The notes beneath the pieces were generated by a model, which did no database searches, was not told where the DNA came from, and saw nothing but the letters and a program-made list of their open reading frames with translations. A DNA stretch of 64,000 bases from a virus. This document shows positions 1-11,200 of this stretch, in pieces (positions within the stretch are counted from its first letter, which is position 1; each line of letters starts with the position of its first letter). The position numbers and the translations under genes were made by a program. The DNA lies in the IMG/VR virus record IMGVR_UViG_3300031857_011362, positions 1-64,000 of that record, one strand, 5' to 3'.

Positions 1-1
1 C

Positions 2-820
2 GATTTAATTATCAATGAGAACGAAGAACAAGCACGTGCATTATTCCACGATATCGTAGTTGAAAAAAGCCGCGAAATTTATGAGTCAATGATGGACGAA
101 GAATTAGAAGAAGCCCAAGACGAAGACCTAGAAGAAGGTCAAGAAGAACTTGAAGAAGGGGCTGATGAAGACCTAGAAGAAGGTTTTGATGACATGGGCG
201 AAGGTCAAGATGAAGTCGGTGGATTGATGGACGAAATTGCCTATGAAGAAGAAGGCATGACCGAAGAAGAAGACGAATTTGCTGATATCGATATGGATGA
301 CAGCATGGACGGTGAAGAAACACCAGAAGGTGGTTTAGAAGACCGCGTAGTTGAACTAGAAGACAAACTAGACGAACTAATGGCTGAATTCGAAGAAATG
401 ATGGGTTCAGACGAAGGTGGAGAAGACATGGGCGGTGAAGAAGGCGACATGGATATGGCTGCACCAGAAGAAGAAGAAGGCATGATGGAAGCTGTACAGT
501 TGCAGAAAGTTTCTGTAACACACGGTGACAACGGTGTTAACACTAAGAGCGTAACTAGCAATGGACCAAAGATTCCGTCAAATGGCGCTAAAGCTAATCA
601 CTTAGGTGGTGGCGATGGTGGCAAGGGTGGTACACAAGGTGGACTATTGAACCCAGCAGTTAAAGACATTCCTGGCAATTACAAAAATGCTCCAGGCAAA
701 GGTAACTTCTCTGAAAAAGGTGAAGCAGCCCCTAAGCCAGCAAAAGGTGATGATGGACAGAACAGTAAGTCTATCGTTGGTGAGTCAAGAAAGACAGTCA
801 AGAAGATTGTTAAGAAGTAA
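2..820 (+). CDS. Acidic prohead core/scaffold-like protein, 5' partial (T4 gp67/68 position)
   Basis: The frame is open from nt 2 (DLIINENEEQARALFHDIVVEKSREIYESMM), so the ORF-track start at 89 is internal. Very D/E-rich with a basic C-terminus, and directly upstream of the protease gene. Confidence 0.7.
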   Translation, partial: DLIINENEEQARALFHDIVVEKSREIYESMMDEELEEAQDEDLEEGQEELEEGADEDLEEGFDDMGEGQDEVGGLMDEIAYEEEGMTEEEDEFADIDMDDSMDGEETPEGGLEDRVVELEDKLDELMAEFEEMMGSDEGGEDMGGEEGDMDMAAPEEEEGMMEAVQLQKVSVTHGDNGVNTKSVTSNGPKIPSNGAKANHLGGGDGGKGGTQGGLLNPAVKDIPGNYKNAPGKGNFSEKGEAAPKPAKGDDGQNSKSIVGESRKTVKKIVKK

Positions 821-834
821 GGATACCTAAGATA

Positions 835-1470
835 ATGGCTTTGTATCTTAAAGAGCATCTAACTTTTGACCGTGCTAGTATGGAGGTCTTGAGTGAAGGT
901 GAAGGTAACAAGAAGTCCCTTTATATGAAGGGGATATTCATTCAGGGTGGGGTACGCAACGCTAATGAGCGTGTGTATCCTGTTTCTGAAATTGAATCTG
1001 CTGTTAATGCTCTAAATGAACAAGTTACCGAAGGCTATTCTGTATTGGGTGAAGTAGATCACCCAGATGATTTAAAAATCAATTTGGATCGTGTTTCACA
1101 TATGATTACTCAAATGTGGATGGATGGTGCAAATGGATTCGGGAAGTTAAAGATTTTACCAACTCCAATGGGACAGTTAGTGTCTACTATGTTGGAGAGT
1201 GGTGTCAAACTAGGCGTATCTAGCAGAGGTAGCGGAAACGTTAACGATGCTAATGGCCATGTCAGTGACTTTGAAATAGTCACTGTGGATATCGTTGCAC
1301 AACCTAGTGCACCTAATGCTTATCCTAAAGCGATATACGAAGGTATGATGAACATGAAACATGGTCATAAAACGCTTGAGATTGCAAAAGATGCGCAAAG
1401 TAACGCAAAAGTACAGAGATACTTGAAAGAGGAAGTAATGCGCCTCATCAGTGAGTTAAAGATTAAATGA
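835..1470 (+). CDS. gp21: Prohead core protease (T4 gp21-like)
   Basis: Motifs GIFIQGGVRNANERVYP, GEVDHP (catalytic His), GVSSRG (catalytic Ser) and DIVAQPSAPNAY. SD-like AAGGA upstream. Confidence 0.95.
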   Translation: MALYLKEHLTFDRASMEVLSEGEGNKKSLYMKGIFIQGGVRNANERVYPVSEIESAVNALNEQVTEGYSVLGEVDHPDDLKINLDRVSHMITQMWMDGANGFGKLKILPTPMGQLVSTMLESGVKLGVSSRGSGNVNDANGHVSDFEIVTVDIVAQPSAPNAYPKAIYEGMMNMKHGHKTLEIAKDAQSNAKVQRYLKEEVMRLISELKIK

Positions 1471-2063
1471 CAACTTCTTACATTTACAAATGGACTCATT
1501 TACCAACAATGAAATGGTATATAGGTTCACGTACTAGTAAAAATGCTCATGTAAATGATGGTTATATTTGTTCTAGTAAAATTGTAAAACCTTTGATTGT
1601 TGAAAATAAAATTGAATGGAAACGTGAAATTATTCAAACAGGAGATCCATTGGAAATGAGAAAATTAGAAGTAGAGATACTTCAATTACTTGATGCTAAA
1701 AATGATCCTAGAAGTTTTAATAAACACAACGGAGATGGTCTGTTTAACAACGATGGACATAACAAAGGTAAAAAAACGGTAAATAAAAACGGACTCTATA
1801 AAAGAGTTCATGTTAATTTATTAGATGAATATATATCTGCTGGGTGGGTCTTGGGAACACCGGCAATGGTAAAACAAAAAATTTCTGCATCCACAACAGG
1901 TGTTAATAAACTTGGTCATAAAAACGGCGGTGCAAAAAAGGGTTCTATTCCTTGGAACAAGGGTCGTAAAGAAACTCGTACTGAGGTTTTGAAAAAGCAA
2001 TCTCTAAGTCATGTAGGTAAAACCTACAGTAAAGAGATTAAACATAAAGGGGAAATCCAATGA
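1467..2063 (+). mobile_element. Free-standing GIY-YIG (Seg-like) homing endonuclease gene
   Basis: N-terminal YIYKW...WYIGSR...DGYICSS motif and a basic C-terminal part with PWNKG. Interrupts the gp21-gp22 adjacency, with ATGA overlaps at both ends. Confidence 0.85.
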
Positions 2064-3163
2064 GTTTGGAAATTATTAAACCATTACTTGAAAGTGGATT
2101 AATCAACGAAGAAACTAGTGTCGCATTAAATGAGGCATGGGAAACTAAGTTGAATGAAGCCAAAGAGCAAGTACGTGCAGAATTGCGTGAAGAATTCGCA
2201 CAACGTTATGAACATGATAAAAACGTAATGGTAGAAGCCCTAGATAATATGGTTACAGAAGGTCTTTCAGAAGAAATTTCCGAATTTCAGATTGAAAGAC
2301 AAGCGATGAACGAAGACCGCGCAAACGCAAAACGCAAGCTACATGAAAATGCAGCCAAGTTCAATAATTTTATGGTTACTAAACTATCCGAAGAAATTAA
2401 AGAACTACGCAATGAGCGTAAGATCCAGAAAGAAAGTCAAGAAAAGTTAGAACAATTCGTTGTTCGTGCTCTTTCACGTGAAATTAAAGAATTCACGCAA
2501 GACAAACAAGCTGTGGTCGAAGCAAAAGTTAAGTTAGTTGCAGAAGGTCGTAGACAACTTGAAGCATTGAAGGCACGTTTCGTGACCGAATCTGCTAAGA
2601 GAATGAACGAAACTGTAAGCAAACATCTTAAGGGTGAACTAGGCCAATTGAAAGAAGATATTAAGACTGCCCGTGAAAACGATTTTGGTCGTAAAATCTT
2701 TGAATCTTATGCAAGTGAATTCAGCACTACCTATTTACAGGAAAAAGCTGAGACACGTAAGTTATTCAAACAACTACAAGCAAAAGATCAGCAATTAGCT
2801 GAATCTATTACTACAATGAAAGCCGCAAAGCAATTAGTTGAAAACAAGGAACGTGAAATTCGTATCATTAAAGAATCCAATGTCCGTCAAACGACAATGA
2901 ATGAATTGCTATCTACTCTAAATGAGGAAAAAGCAACTATAATGAAGGATTTACTAGAAAGCGTACAAACAACCCGTTTGCAAACAGCTTTCGATAAGTA
3001 TTTACCAGCCGTATTGAATAACATCAATGAAAAATTAGAATCTAAAAAGTCTATGATTTCAGAAGGTGTAAAAGCAGTTACTGGTGATAAATCTGCCATG
3101 ACACAAGTTGAAGACCAACCACGTGATAACGTGATTGACCTAAGACGATTGGCAGGGCTTTAA
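2060..3163 (+). CDS. gp22: Prohead scaffolding protein (T4 gp22-like)
   Basis: E/K-rich coiled-coil of 367 aa between protease and major capsid genes; C-terminal LRRLAGL. Confidence 0.85.
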   Translation: MSLEIIKPLLESGLINEETSVALNEAWETKLNEAKEQVRAELREEFAQRYEHDKNVMVEALDNMVTEGLSEEISEFQIERQAMNEDRANAKRKLHENAAKFNNFMVTKLSEEIKELRNERKIQKESQEKLEQFVVRALSREIKEFTQDKQAVVEAKVKLVAEGRRQLEALKARFVTESAKRMNETVSKHLKGELGQLKEDIKTARENDFGRKIFESYASEFSTTYLQEKAETRKLFKQLQAKDQQLAESITTMKAAKQLVENKEREIRIIKESNVRQTTMNELLSTLNEEKATIMKDLLESVQTTRLQTAFDKYLPAVLNNINEKLESKKSMISEGVKAVTGDKSAMTQVEDQPRDNVIDLRRLAGL

Positions 3164-3192
3164 AAATCGACATAATTTAGGAGAAATATAAA

Positions 3193-4389
3193 ATGTCACA
3201 AGTTCTATTAGAAGGTCGTTGGGACGAGACCAAAGAAGCCCTACTTGAAGGTCTAAAAGGTACTCGCCGCTCAACAATGAGTGTTATCTTAGAAAACACT
3301 AAAAAATCGTTACTATCTGAGTCATCAGCTGGCACAACTACATCTGGCAATATCGCTACACTAAACCGTGTGATTCTACCAGTTATCCGTCGTGTCATGC
3401 CAACCGTTATTGCTAACGAGTTGGTTGGCGTTCAGCCAATGACTGGCCCAGTTGGTCAAATTCACACTCTACGTGTTCGTTATGCTCAGTCTTTAACAGA
3501 CAACAGCACAGCGGCAACAAGCGTATCAGCAGGTGAAGAAGCTCTAAGCCCGTTCAAAATTGCTCAGGCTTACTCAACACAGACAAATGCATCTGGTTCA
3601 TCATCTATCTATACTGGCAATAACACTGCCGCTCTAGAAGGTAATGGCGGTAAGCAAATCAGTGTTCAAATCTTGCGTCAGGCTGTTGAAGCTAAGTCAC
3701 GTAAGTTACAAGCTCGCTGGACATTCGAAGCTGCCCAAGACGCTCAAAGCCAACATGGTATTGACGTTGAAGCAGAAATTATGGCCGCTCTAGCACAAGA
3801 AATTACTGCTGAGATCGACCAAGAGATTCTATTGTCATTGAGCACATTGGCTACATTGGAAGAAACATTTGACCAAGCCGCTGTATCCGGTACAGCTACA
3901 TTCGTTGGTGATGAGCACGCCGCATTGGCAGTTCTAATCAACCGTGTTGCTAACAAGATTGCTCAACGCACTCGTCGTGGCGCTGGTAACTGGGCAGTTG
4001 TATCTCCAGCTGTGTTGACTGTATTGCAATCTGCAACTACATCAGCATTTGCTCGTACAACAGAAGGTACTTTTGAAGCTCCAACTAACACTAAGTTCGT
4101 TGGTACATTGAACGGTGCAATGCGTGTTTTCGTTAACACATATGCATCTGACAGCCAAGCTGTTCTAGTTGGTTACAAAGGTACATCTGAGACTGATGCG
4201 GCAGCATTCTATTGCCCATACATCCCATTGATGTCTTCTGGCGTTGTTCTAGATCCATCAACATTCGAACCAGTCGTGTCTTTCATGACTCGTTACGGTT
4301 ATGTTGAATTGACAAACACTGCATCATCTTTCGGTAATGCAGCCGACTATCTAGGCGAAATCGATGTTGCTAACTTGACATTCAAGTAA
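3193..4389 (+). CDS. gp23: Major capsid protein (T4 gp23-like)
   Basis: Motifs LPVIRRVMPTVIANELVGVQPMTGP, RKLQARWTFEAAQD, EIDQEI, FYCPYIPL and FMTRYG. AGGAG SD. Plausible gp21 cleavage at LLSE/SS. Confidence 0.97.
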   Translation: MSQVLLEGRWDETKEALLEGLKGTRRSTMSVILENTKKSLLSESSAGTTTSGNIATLNRVILPVIRRVMPTVIANELVGVQPMTGPVGQIHTLRVRYAQSLTDNSTAATSVSAGEEALSPFKIAQAYSTQTNASGSSSIYTGNNTAALEGNGGKQISVQILRQAVEAKSRKLQARWTFEAAQDAQSQHGIDVEAEIMAALAQEITAEIDQEILLSLSTLATLEETFDQAAVSGTATFVGDEHAALAVLINRVANKIAQRTRRGAGNWAVVSPAVLTVLQSATTSAFARTTEGTFEAPTNTKFVGTLNGAMRVFVNTYASDSQAVLVGYKGTSETDAAAFYCPYIPLMSSGVVLDPSTFEPVVSFMTRYGYVELTNTASSFGNAADYLGEIDVANLTFK

Positions 4390-4412
4390 GCACAAACATC
4401 TTCTTGTTCGGG

Positions 4413-4434
4413 AGCACAGACCGCGGTCTGTGCT
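4413..4434. repeat. Perfect 22-bp palindrome AGCACAGACCGCGGTCTGTGCT
   Basis: The sequence equals its own reverse complement; it lies 23 nt after the gp23 stop. Confidence 0.9.
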
Positions 4435-4447
4435 ACGGGAAGGAATC

Positions 4448-4472
4448 AAAGAGCACTTCGGTGCTCTTTTTT
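4448..4472 (+). terminator. Rho-independent terminator after gp23
   Basis: AAAGAGCAC-TTCG-GTGCTCTTT hairpin with a cUUCGg loop followed by a T run. Confidence 0.9.
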
Positions 4473-4504
4473 GTTGGCTACTCAAACACATATCATTGAA
4501 AAAT

Positions 4505-4512
4505 GATAAATA
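4505..4512 (+). promoter_or_regulatory. T4-type late promoter-like element (GATAAATA)
   Basis: Intergenic TAAATA just after the gp23 terminator and before 4541; resembles the T4 late consensus TATAAATA. Confidence 0.55.
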
Positions 4513-4540
4513 AGATATAAAATAATATTTGGGACTATAA

Positions 4541-5248
4541 ATGGCAGCTAATGCATTCAATTCGGTAGGTGGGTATACAGTAAATATACCTCCAGTTAAC
4601 ATTATAGATACTAATGGGAATATTACAGCCCCAAGAGCTAATATTTCTGGCAATCTTACGGTTGGTGGAAATGCCGCTGTATCTGGATCTATCACTGCTA
4701 CAAATTTTTACGGAAATGTTCAAGGTAACATTACGGCCAACATTACTATTACAGGTACTGATGGTGCATTATTGTTCAACGATAATTCTTTAGCAGGTTC
4801 AGCTTCTGGAGTTATTTACGATAAAGTTACTAAATCATTAACTGTAGAAGAAAATCTAACAGCAAACAATTTCTCATTAGGATTGGGCAATAATCAATTC
4901 TATACAATTTCATCTTTTATTGCTACTACAAATAGTACTGCGGTAGATCAAGTATTACACCGAGTATTAGCATCATCTGTAATTTCAATGGATTATACTA
5001 TCATTGCTACTGATACTATAGGAAACACTAGACAAACTAGTAAATTAATTGCTAGTGTATTAGGCACTGATGTTGGTTATTATGAGTATGGTACAATTGA
5101 TGCACCTATAACTAGTCCTGGTGTAGGTGATTTTAAGGTTAATTATGAAAGTGGTGGCATAGCTTCCGGAAACGTTACATTAACAGTAACACCAAAAGCC
5201 GCGCACTTAACAAATTACAAAGTTTTGATAACTAGCTACAAAGCATAA
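4541..5248 (+). CDS. Putative virion structural protein
   Basis: N-terminal FNSVGG motif and C-terminal domain are shared with 5261 (and partly 8297 and 11863). Confidence 0.65.
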   Translation: MAANAFNSVGGYTVNIPPVNIIDTNGNITAPRANISGNLTVGGNAAVSGSITATNFYGNVQGNITANITITGTDGALLFNDNSLAGSASGVIYDKVTKSLTVEENLTANNFSLGLGNNQFYTISSFIATTNSTAVDQVLHRVLASSVISMDYTIIATDTIGNTRQTSKLIASVLGTDVGYYEYGTIDAPITSPGVGDFKVNYESGGIASGNVTLTVTPKAAHLTNYKVLITSYKA

Positions 5249-5260
5249 AGGAAAAACGCA

Positions 5261-8200
5261 ATGGCAATAAGAACGTTTAATTCGGTTGGTGGATTCTCAG
5301 TAGGAGAAATACCAACCAATGTAATATATCCTAATGGTGATATATCAACTAGTAATGTTACGATTTTAACTAACATTACTGTTGGTAACATCTTATCAAA
5401 TACAGGTAACGTTACAGTAGGGAATACTCTAATTGCCGGAAATATTAGAACAAATAATTTATTATATGCTAATGGTACAGCATGGGATTTACAAGAGGCA
5501 GCAGGTAGTAATAATTATATTCAGTTTAATACAAGTAATAACTTTGCAGCCAGCGCTGATTTAACTTATGATGATTCTACTGGTGTAAAGAAGTTCAAAA
5601 CAGTTAATATTGAAGCTACGGGAAATTTAGTAGCGGCAAATGTTACAGTCAATACAGTATCAAATACTCAAGTATTATTTGCAGGCGCAAGTGGTTTATT
5701 AACAGGATCAAGCAGTCTCGTATTCAGTACAGCAACTAATACACTTACTGTTGAGAATTTAATAGCTAATACTGATGCAACCATCAATGGTAACTTAACT
5801 GTTAACGGTACAGTAACTAGTTTATCTACTAACAATACAACCATTGATGATAACACTATCACATTAAACAAAGGTGAAACAGGTAACGGAGTAACAGCGG
5901 GATCAGGGACGTCTGGTTTTGAAATTGACAGAGGTACTGCAGGAGCTAACGCAACACTATTGTGGACTGAATCGTCAAGTTCATGGACTTTTAAATTAGG
6001 AACTACCAATGCAGATGTATCACTTGGTAATCTGTTTGTAAGTGCTAACGCAAACATAGCCGGTAACGTCAACGTAACCAATGATGTTACAGCAGTTAAT
6101 TTTTACGGTAATTTAACTGGTAATGTTCAAGGTGGAAGTATTAAAGGTAATTTGGAAGCTCCTGGCTCAAATACTGAAATGCTTTTCAACGACGCCAATG
6201 TTGTTAAAAGTACACCTGGTGTAACATATAATAAGACTAGTAATTTAGTAACACTAACTGGTAATTTATCAGTAGCTCATATTACAAATGCATCAAGTAT
6301 AACGTTTTCAAACGGTGGCTATATTGACGGCACCGGCACAAACTCAATAGTAATTACAGCTAATACTTCAGCACAATTAAAATATAATGATGTAGCTAAT
6401 GTAAGTAACAGTACAATTGCAACAGCAAATGTCAATGGATTTGATATTCAAGTTCATGGTAATCATTGGTCATTCGACACAAGCGGTGATCTTAAAGCTC
6501 CTGGAAATATCTTTGCAAATACCGGAACATTTAGTGGTAGTCAATTATACATTTCAACTACCGGTAACATTCGCGGTGACGTTGAATTAGGTGGTAATTT
6601 AAGTGTAGCAAGTACTACAAATATACTAGGTGACTTAACAGTTGGTGATGGCACTACAGCAAGGGATGCAAACGTTACCGGTAATCTAGTAGTTGGGGTT
6701 GATGCAAATATTACTGCTAATCTAACTACTAATAACTTGACTGTTAGTAATTATGTAAACAGTAATTTATTACCTTCAGTACATGCTAACGGGGATCCTA
6801 AACTTGACTTAGGATCAGAAACACATCCGTGGAGAGATTTGTGGTTATCCGGGTTTACAATTAAATTAGGTAGTACTACACTTTCTTCCGGAACAAATAA
6901 TACTTTTGTGACAGCTAATGCAAACATATTTACTGGTTTGTTAGCAGGTAATATTAATACTACTGGTATCGTAAATGTTGGTAACGCAACTAATAGACAA
7001 ACATTAACTGTATCAGGTAATACTAGTATCACTACTAGTACAGCCGCTACTAGCAATACAACTGGTGCACTAACTGTAACAGGTGGTGTTGGAATTGGTG
7101 GGAATATATACATTGGTGGTGCTACTGCAAACATAGATGGTAATCTTTTAGTTGGTAAAGCAGGTGTAGGTAATGCGGCAAATGCAAACATCACCGGAGA
7201 TCTTAAAGTAGGCGGTAATGCTAGTGTTACCGGTGATGTTACAGTAAGTGGTAATTTGTTAGTAACAGGGGCTACAACTTATATTGACGTAACTACATCA
7301 AGTATCAAAGATCCAGTGATTGATTTAGGTGGTAATGGAAACGGTGTTAATGCAACTACATCTGATGGATATGATAGGGGTATAGTATTAAGAACATATG
7401 ATATTAGTCCGATTAATCACTTTATGGGTTGGAAGACCGGATCAAATCAATTCCAAATGTTGTCTAATATTACTGAAACTAGTAATAATGTTGTTAGCGG
7501 AACATACGCTACATTACGCATAGGAACTCTAAACAGTGACCACGTATATGGGACAATCGAAACAAGTAGTCAACCCAATATTGGAAATCTACTTGGATTA
7601 ACTCACGCAAATATATCTAATACACTTAATGTTAACAATGCAACAGTAACTACATTAGTTGCTAGTGATTTAAAATATCCAAAGAATGACGGTAATGTAC
7701 CGGCAGCAGATGAACTAACTATTTTAACATCAGATGGTGCAAAAAATCTTGGGTTTACTACAATTAAAAGAAACAGTTTGCTTAATGGTACTAGTAATAT
7801 TGTTGTCTTACATAACGGTAATATTAATCTAACTGCTAACGCTAACACATCTTTGGTTGTAACTGAAACTGGTGCGAACGTTTTTGGCAATCTAACAATC
7901 AGTGGTTCATTGATTGCTGGCAACATTAAATTAAATGACATATCAAGTAACACTGTAACTATTGGAAATTCTTCTATTGGTGCTTTTACAGTAACTACTA
8001 CCGCTGTAACAGCGGGGCAAATTCTTGCAGAAGTAAGTTCTGCTACTAATAGAGCAGTTGAATTTTTTGTAAAAGGCGAAGAAGTTGCTGGTGGTAAATA
8101 TAGTGTAGCCACAGTGGTTGCAGTACATAACGGAACAGATATAGCATATGATGTATATGGTACGTTAAACATAGGAGGCTATACTGGTAGTTTAGGAGTT

Positions 8201-8287
8201 AATAACGCTGGCGGAAAAATTAAATTAACCGTGACTCCAGCAACTAGTGATTCTACAGTATGGACAACTCAATATAAAACTATTTAA
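5261..8287 (+). CDS. Large Asn/Thr/Gly-rich virion (fibre/baseplate-like) protein
   Basis: 1008 aa with beta-repeat composition (GNLxV, ANVT); carries the DRGIVL..FMGW module; C-terminal domain like 4541. Confidence 0.7.
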   Translation: MAIRTFNSVGGFSVGEIPTNVIYPNGDISTSNVTILTNITVGNILSNTGNVTVGNTLIAGNIRTNNLLYANGTAWDLQEAAGSNNYIQFNTSNNFAASADLTYDDSTGVKKFKTVNIEATGNLVAANVTVNTVSNTQVLFAGASGLLTGSSSLVFSTATNTLTVENLIANTDATINGNLTVNGTVTSLSTNNTTIDDNTITLNKGETGNGVTAGSGTSGFEIDRGTAGANATLLWTESSSSWTFKLGTTNADVSLGNLFVSANANIAGNVNVTNDVTAVNFYGNLTGNVQGGSIKGNLEAPGSNTEMLFNDANVVKSTPGVTYNKTSNLVTLTGNLSVAHITNASSITFSNGGYIDGTGTNSIVITANTSAQLKYNDVANVSNSTIATANVNGFDIQVHGNHWSFDTSGDLKAPGNIFANTGTFSGSQLYISTTGNIRGDVELGGNLSVASTTNILGDLTVGDGTTARDANVTGNLVVGVDANITANLTTNNLTVSNYVNSNLLPSVHANGDPKLDLGSETHPWRDLWLSGFTIKLGSTTLSSGTNNTFVTANANIFTGLLAGNINTTGIVNVGNATNRQTLTVSGNTSITTSTAATSNTTGALTVTGGVGIGGNIYIGGATANIDGNLLVGKAGVGNAANANITGDLKVGGNASVTGDVTVSGNLLVTGATTYIDVTTSSIKDPVIDLGGNGNGVNATTSDGYDRGIVLRTYDISPINHFMGWKTGSNQFQMLSNITETSNNVVSGTYATLRIGTLNSDHVYGTIETSSQPNIGNLLGLTHANISNTLNVNNATVTTLVASDLKYPKNDGNVPAADELTILTSDGAKNLGFTTIKRNSLLNGTSNIVVLHNGNINLTANANTSLVVTETGANVFGNLTISGSLIAGNIKLNDISSNTVTIGNSSIGAFTVTTTAVTAGQILAEVSSATNRAVEFFVKGEEVAGGKYSVATVVAVHNGTDIAYDVYGTLNIGGYTGSLGVNNAGGKIKLTVTPATSDSTVWTTQYKTI

Positions 8288-8296
8288 AGAACACGT

Positions 8297-11200
8297 ATGG
8301 CAACAATACTAAAGAAATTTAACTCGCTTGGTGGATTCTCGGTAGGTGAATTAACACAAACACAAACGCCAATAGACGTAGTAGACGCTAATGCCAACGT
8401 TAGTGCAAATTATCTATCAGTTGGAAATAATTTAGCAGTATCCGGCGACGCTAATATAACTGGTAATACTAGTATTACTGGTAACTTGACAGTACTGGGT
8501 GCCGTATCATATATTCAAACAACTACTACCTACGTATCTGATCCGTTAACAGAAACAGGTGGCGGCCCTAACGGTGCACCTTTAACAAGTGATGATAATT
8601 CAGATAGAGGTTCTGTTCTTCATTATTATGAAGGTAATGTTGCCAATGGTGCTCCAGTTGACGCCTTTATTGGTTGGGATAATAGCAATTCAGAATTTGC
8701 ACTCGCAAGTAATGTAGTAGTGAACAAGGCTAATAACACTGTATCATATAATCAATTTGGTAATATACGGTTGGGTAACATAAGTGCAACTGGTGATATC
8801 AGCACAGCCGGTAATATAACAATTGAAGGCAATATTAATATTACAGGTTCTATTACTTCAGCAGGTGGCAGTGCAGCCATTGTAGGTAATGTAATTCCAC
8901 TGGGAGATCCTTATGATGCTAACTTACTATCACCTGGTGCACTAGATACTTGGTCTAATACCACAACAGTAACTAATGCTATTGATGACCTAAACGAAGT
9001 AATGTTAAATGTTGTTAAAAATACTTTTGTAGGTAATGTAGACTTTACGGCAAACGCAGTAGCAGGTCCTAGTCCATTATCGTTATCATTTAGTAGAACA
9101 TTTAATGGAAATGGTACTAGCTATCTATGGAATTTTGGTGACGGTACAACAAGTACAAGTTCAACACCTACTAAAACATATACTAATACATTAGGTGGTC
9201 AATTTACAGTTAGCTTAACCGTAACTAATAGTAGTGGTATAGGTGCTGGCTCAAGTGACGATAAAGTAAAAACAAACTACATTACATTATATACACCTAC
9301 TCCTATTGCATCGTTTACATTAGACAAAACGTCATTGGATACTGGTACTAGTGTAAGTTTGACCAATACTAGTCAATATGCACAAAGCTATGTGATTTAT
9401 TGGGGCGATGGCACAAGTGATACTATAGCAACAAACAGTGAGGCTGGTGGTACTACTGGCGGTGCAAAAACACATACATATAGTGTAACTGGAAGCGCAG
9501 ATACTAGATATCAACCATATATTGTAGCTACTAGTACAACCGCGGGCCCAATCGATGTGAGTATAACAAGTTCAACACAAAATGTTTACGTATACAAAAC
9601 ACATAGCCCAACATTTACAACAAGTACACTTGAAGGAAACAATGATTATACATTAAATCCAGATGGTTGGAATGTAATATTTACAAATACTACACCTGCA
9701 GGCGTGGGTGCTACATCTACATTCTCTAATAACTATTACAAGTGGACATGGGGTGATGGTACTACATCCAACGTGAATGCAGGTTCGGGTAGTGCAGGTG
9801 ATAGAAACGTTAACATAACTCATAAGTTTAGTTTAACAAATCCAGCAGTAACACAAACGTTTACCGTACAATTAGAAGTATACAATGGATATTCAACTAG
9901 CCCATTCAGTTCATCAACTGTTACAGTAACAGTTCACCCAGATCCACAATCAATCTTTACTGGCAATGTAGTTACGTTGTCTGATAGAACGGGTGACACA
10001 TCACAAACAGGATATTATTTTACTGATTTGAATGGTACTAACAGAGCAATTGTTAGATTTACTAATAGTTCACTAAACACAGATTCATTCAAGTGGACAT
10101 GGGGTGATGGAAGTAATAGTGGAGTAATAACAAGTGGAGCCGGAACACCTGGCTCTACTATTGACCATACATTTACGAGCGTAGGTAATTACACTATTGC
10201 ATTACTAGCTACTGGTACGTACAGTGAATCAGCTACTGATGATACAAATACTAAAACTAATTACATTTCAATTAATGCGGCTCCGGCAGCACCAGCTGGA
10301 TTGAGTTCTAAGACATTAAGTATGAGTACAGCTAGTGTTGGAACAAGTCCATTTTTGGCAGCACTTGCAACTGATAATTCAGGTGGTAATATTCCAGCTG
10401 CCGGCACAAGTGTAACACGATATACAACTGGTACAGTAATAACTAGTACACTTAGTGACGTATACAATTCATATACAGGTACATTAACTAATGAGTTCAA
10501 TGGAGTAGATGATGGTGCTATTGCATTTACTTCTAGCGATAATGCAGGAACATATGGTAATCTAGTAGTTACATTAGATAGAGATGCTCATGTACCTAGT
10601 CCGGCTACTTACCCTAGTGATTTCTATAAAGTTTTTTCAGCATACGCAACAAAAACAATTTCTTCTGTAAGTACAGGTTATAATCAAATCAAACTAACAC
10701 ATTCTACTACTGGAAATACAAACCCAGCTGGTTTTGTTAAAGACGATTTAACGTCAGTACCAACGGTAGACGTTTCTGGTGCCACACTCACTACAGGAAC
10801 AGCAGGCACTTACTTGTATATTTCGGGTGTTCCGTACTTTAACACAGGTAGTCCAACTGTATCATTAGCTGGCGCACAGATTTATGACTGGATAGGTCAA
10901 ACTTATCGAAATACTACAACACCATTTACTATCGCACCGGATACAAACGATGAAAGTACAACAGGTAACGTTATTGTGTCGCAGACTAAAACATATAGTA
11001 ATTTAGATGGTGCAACTACATTCTTAGCTACTGGTATACCAAAAGCTGACACAGGTAAAAATTCTAGTAACAAATATACTATAGGATCACAAACTATTAA
11101 CGTAGCCCCTGCAAGTACAGCGGCAGTTCAAACTATTAAGTATAGTGCTACAAACGTAAATGGAACAAGTGCAACAGCAACTGTAGCTACAAAAATTCAA

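Noticed and set aside
12-561. Minus-strand ORFs over the acidic prohead gene
   Set aside because: Leu/Ser-rich shadows of GAA/GAT-rich codons.
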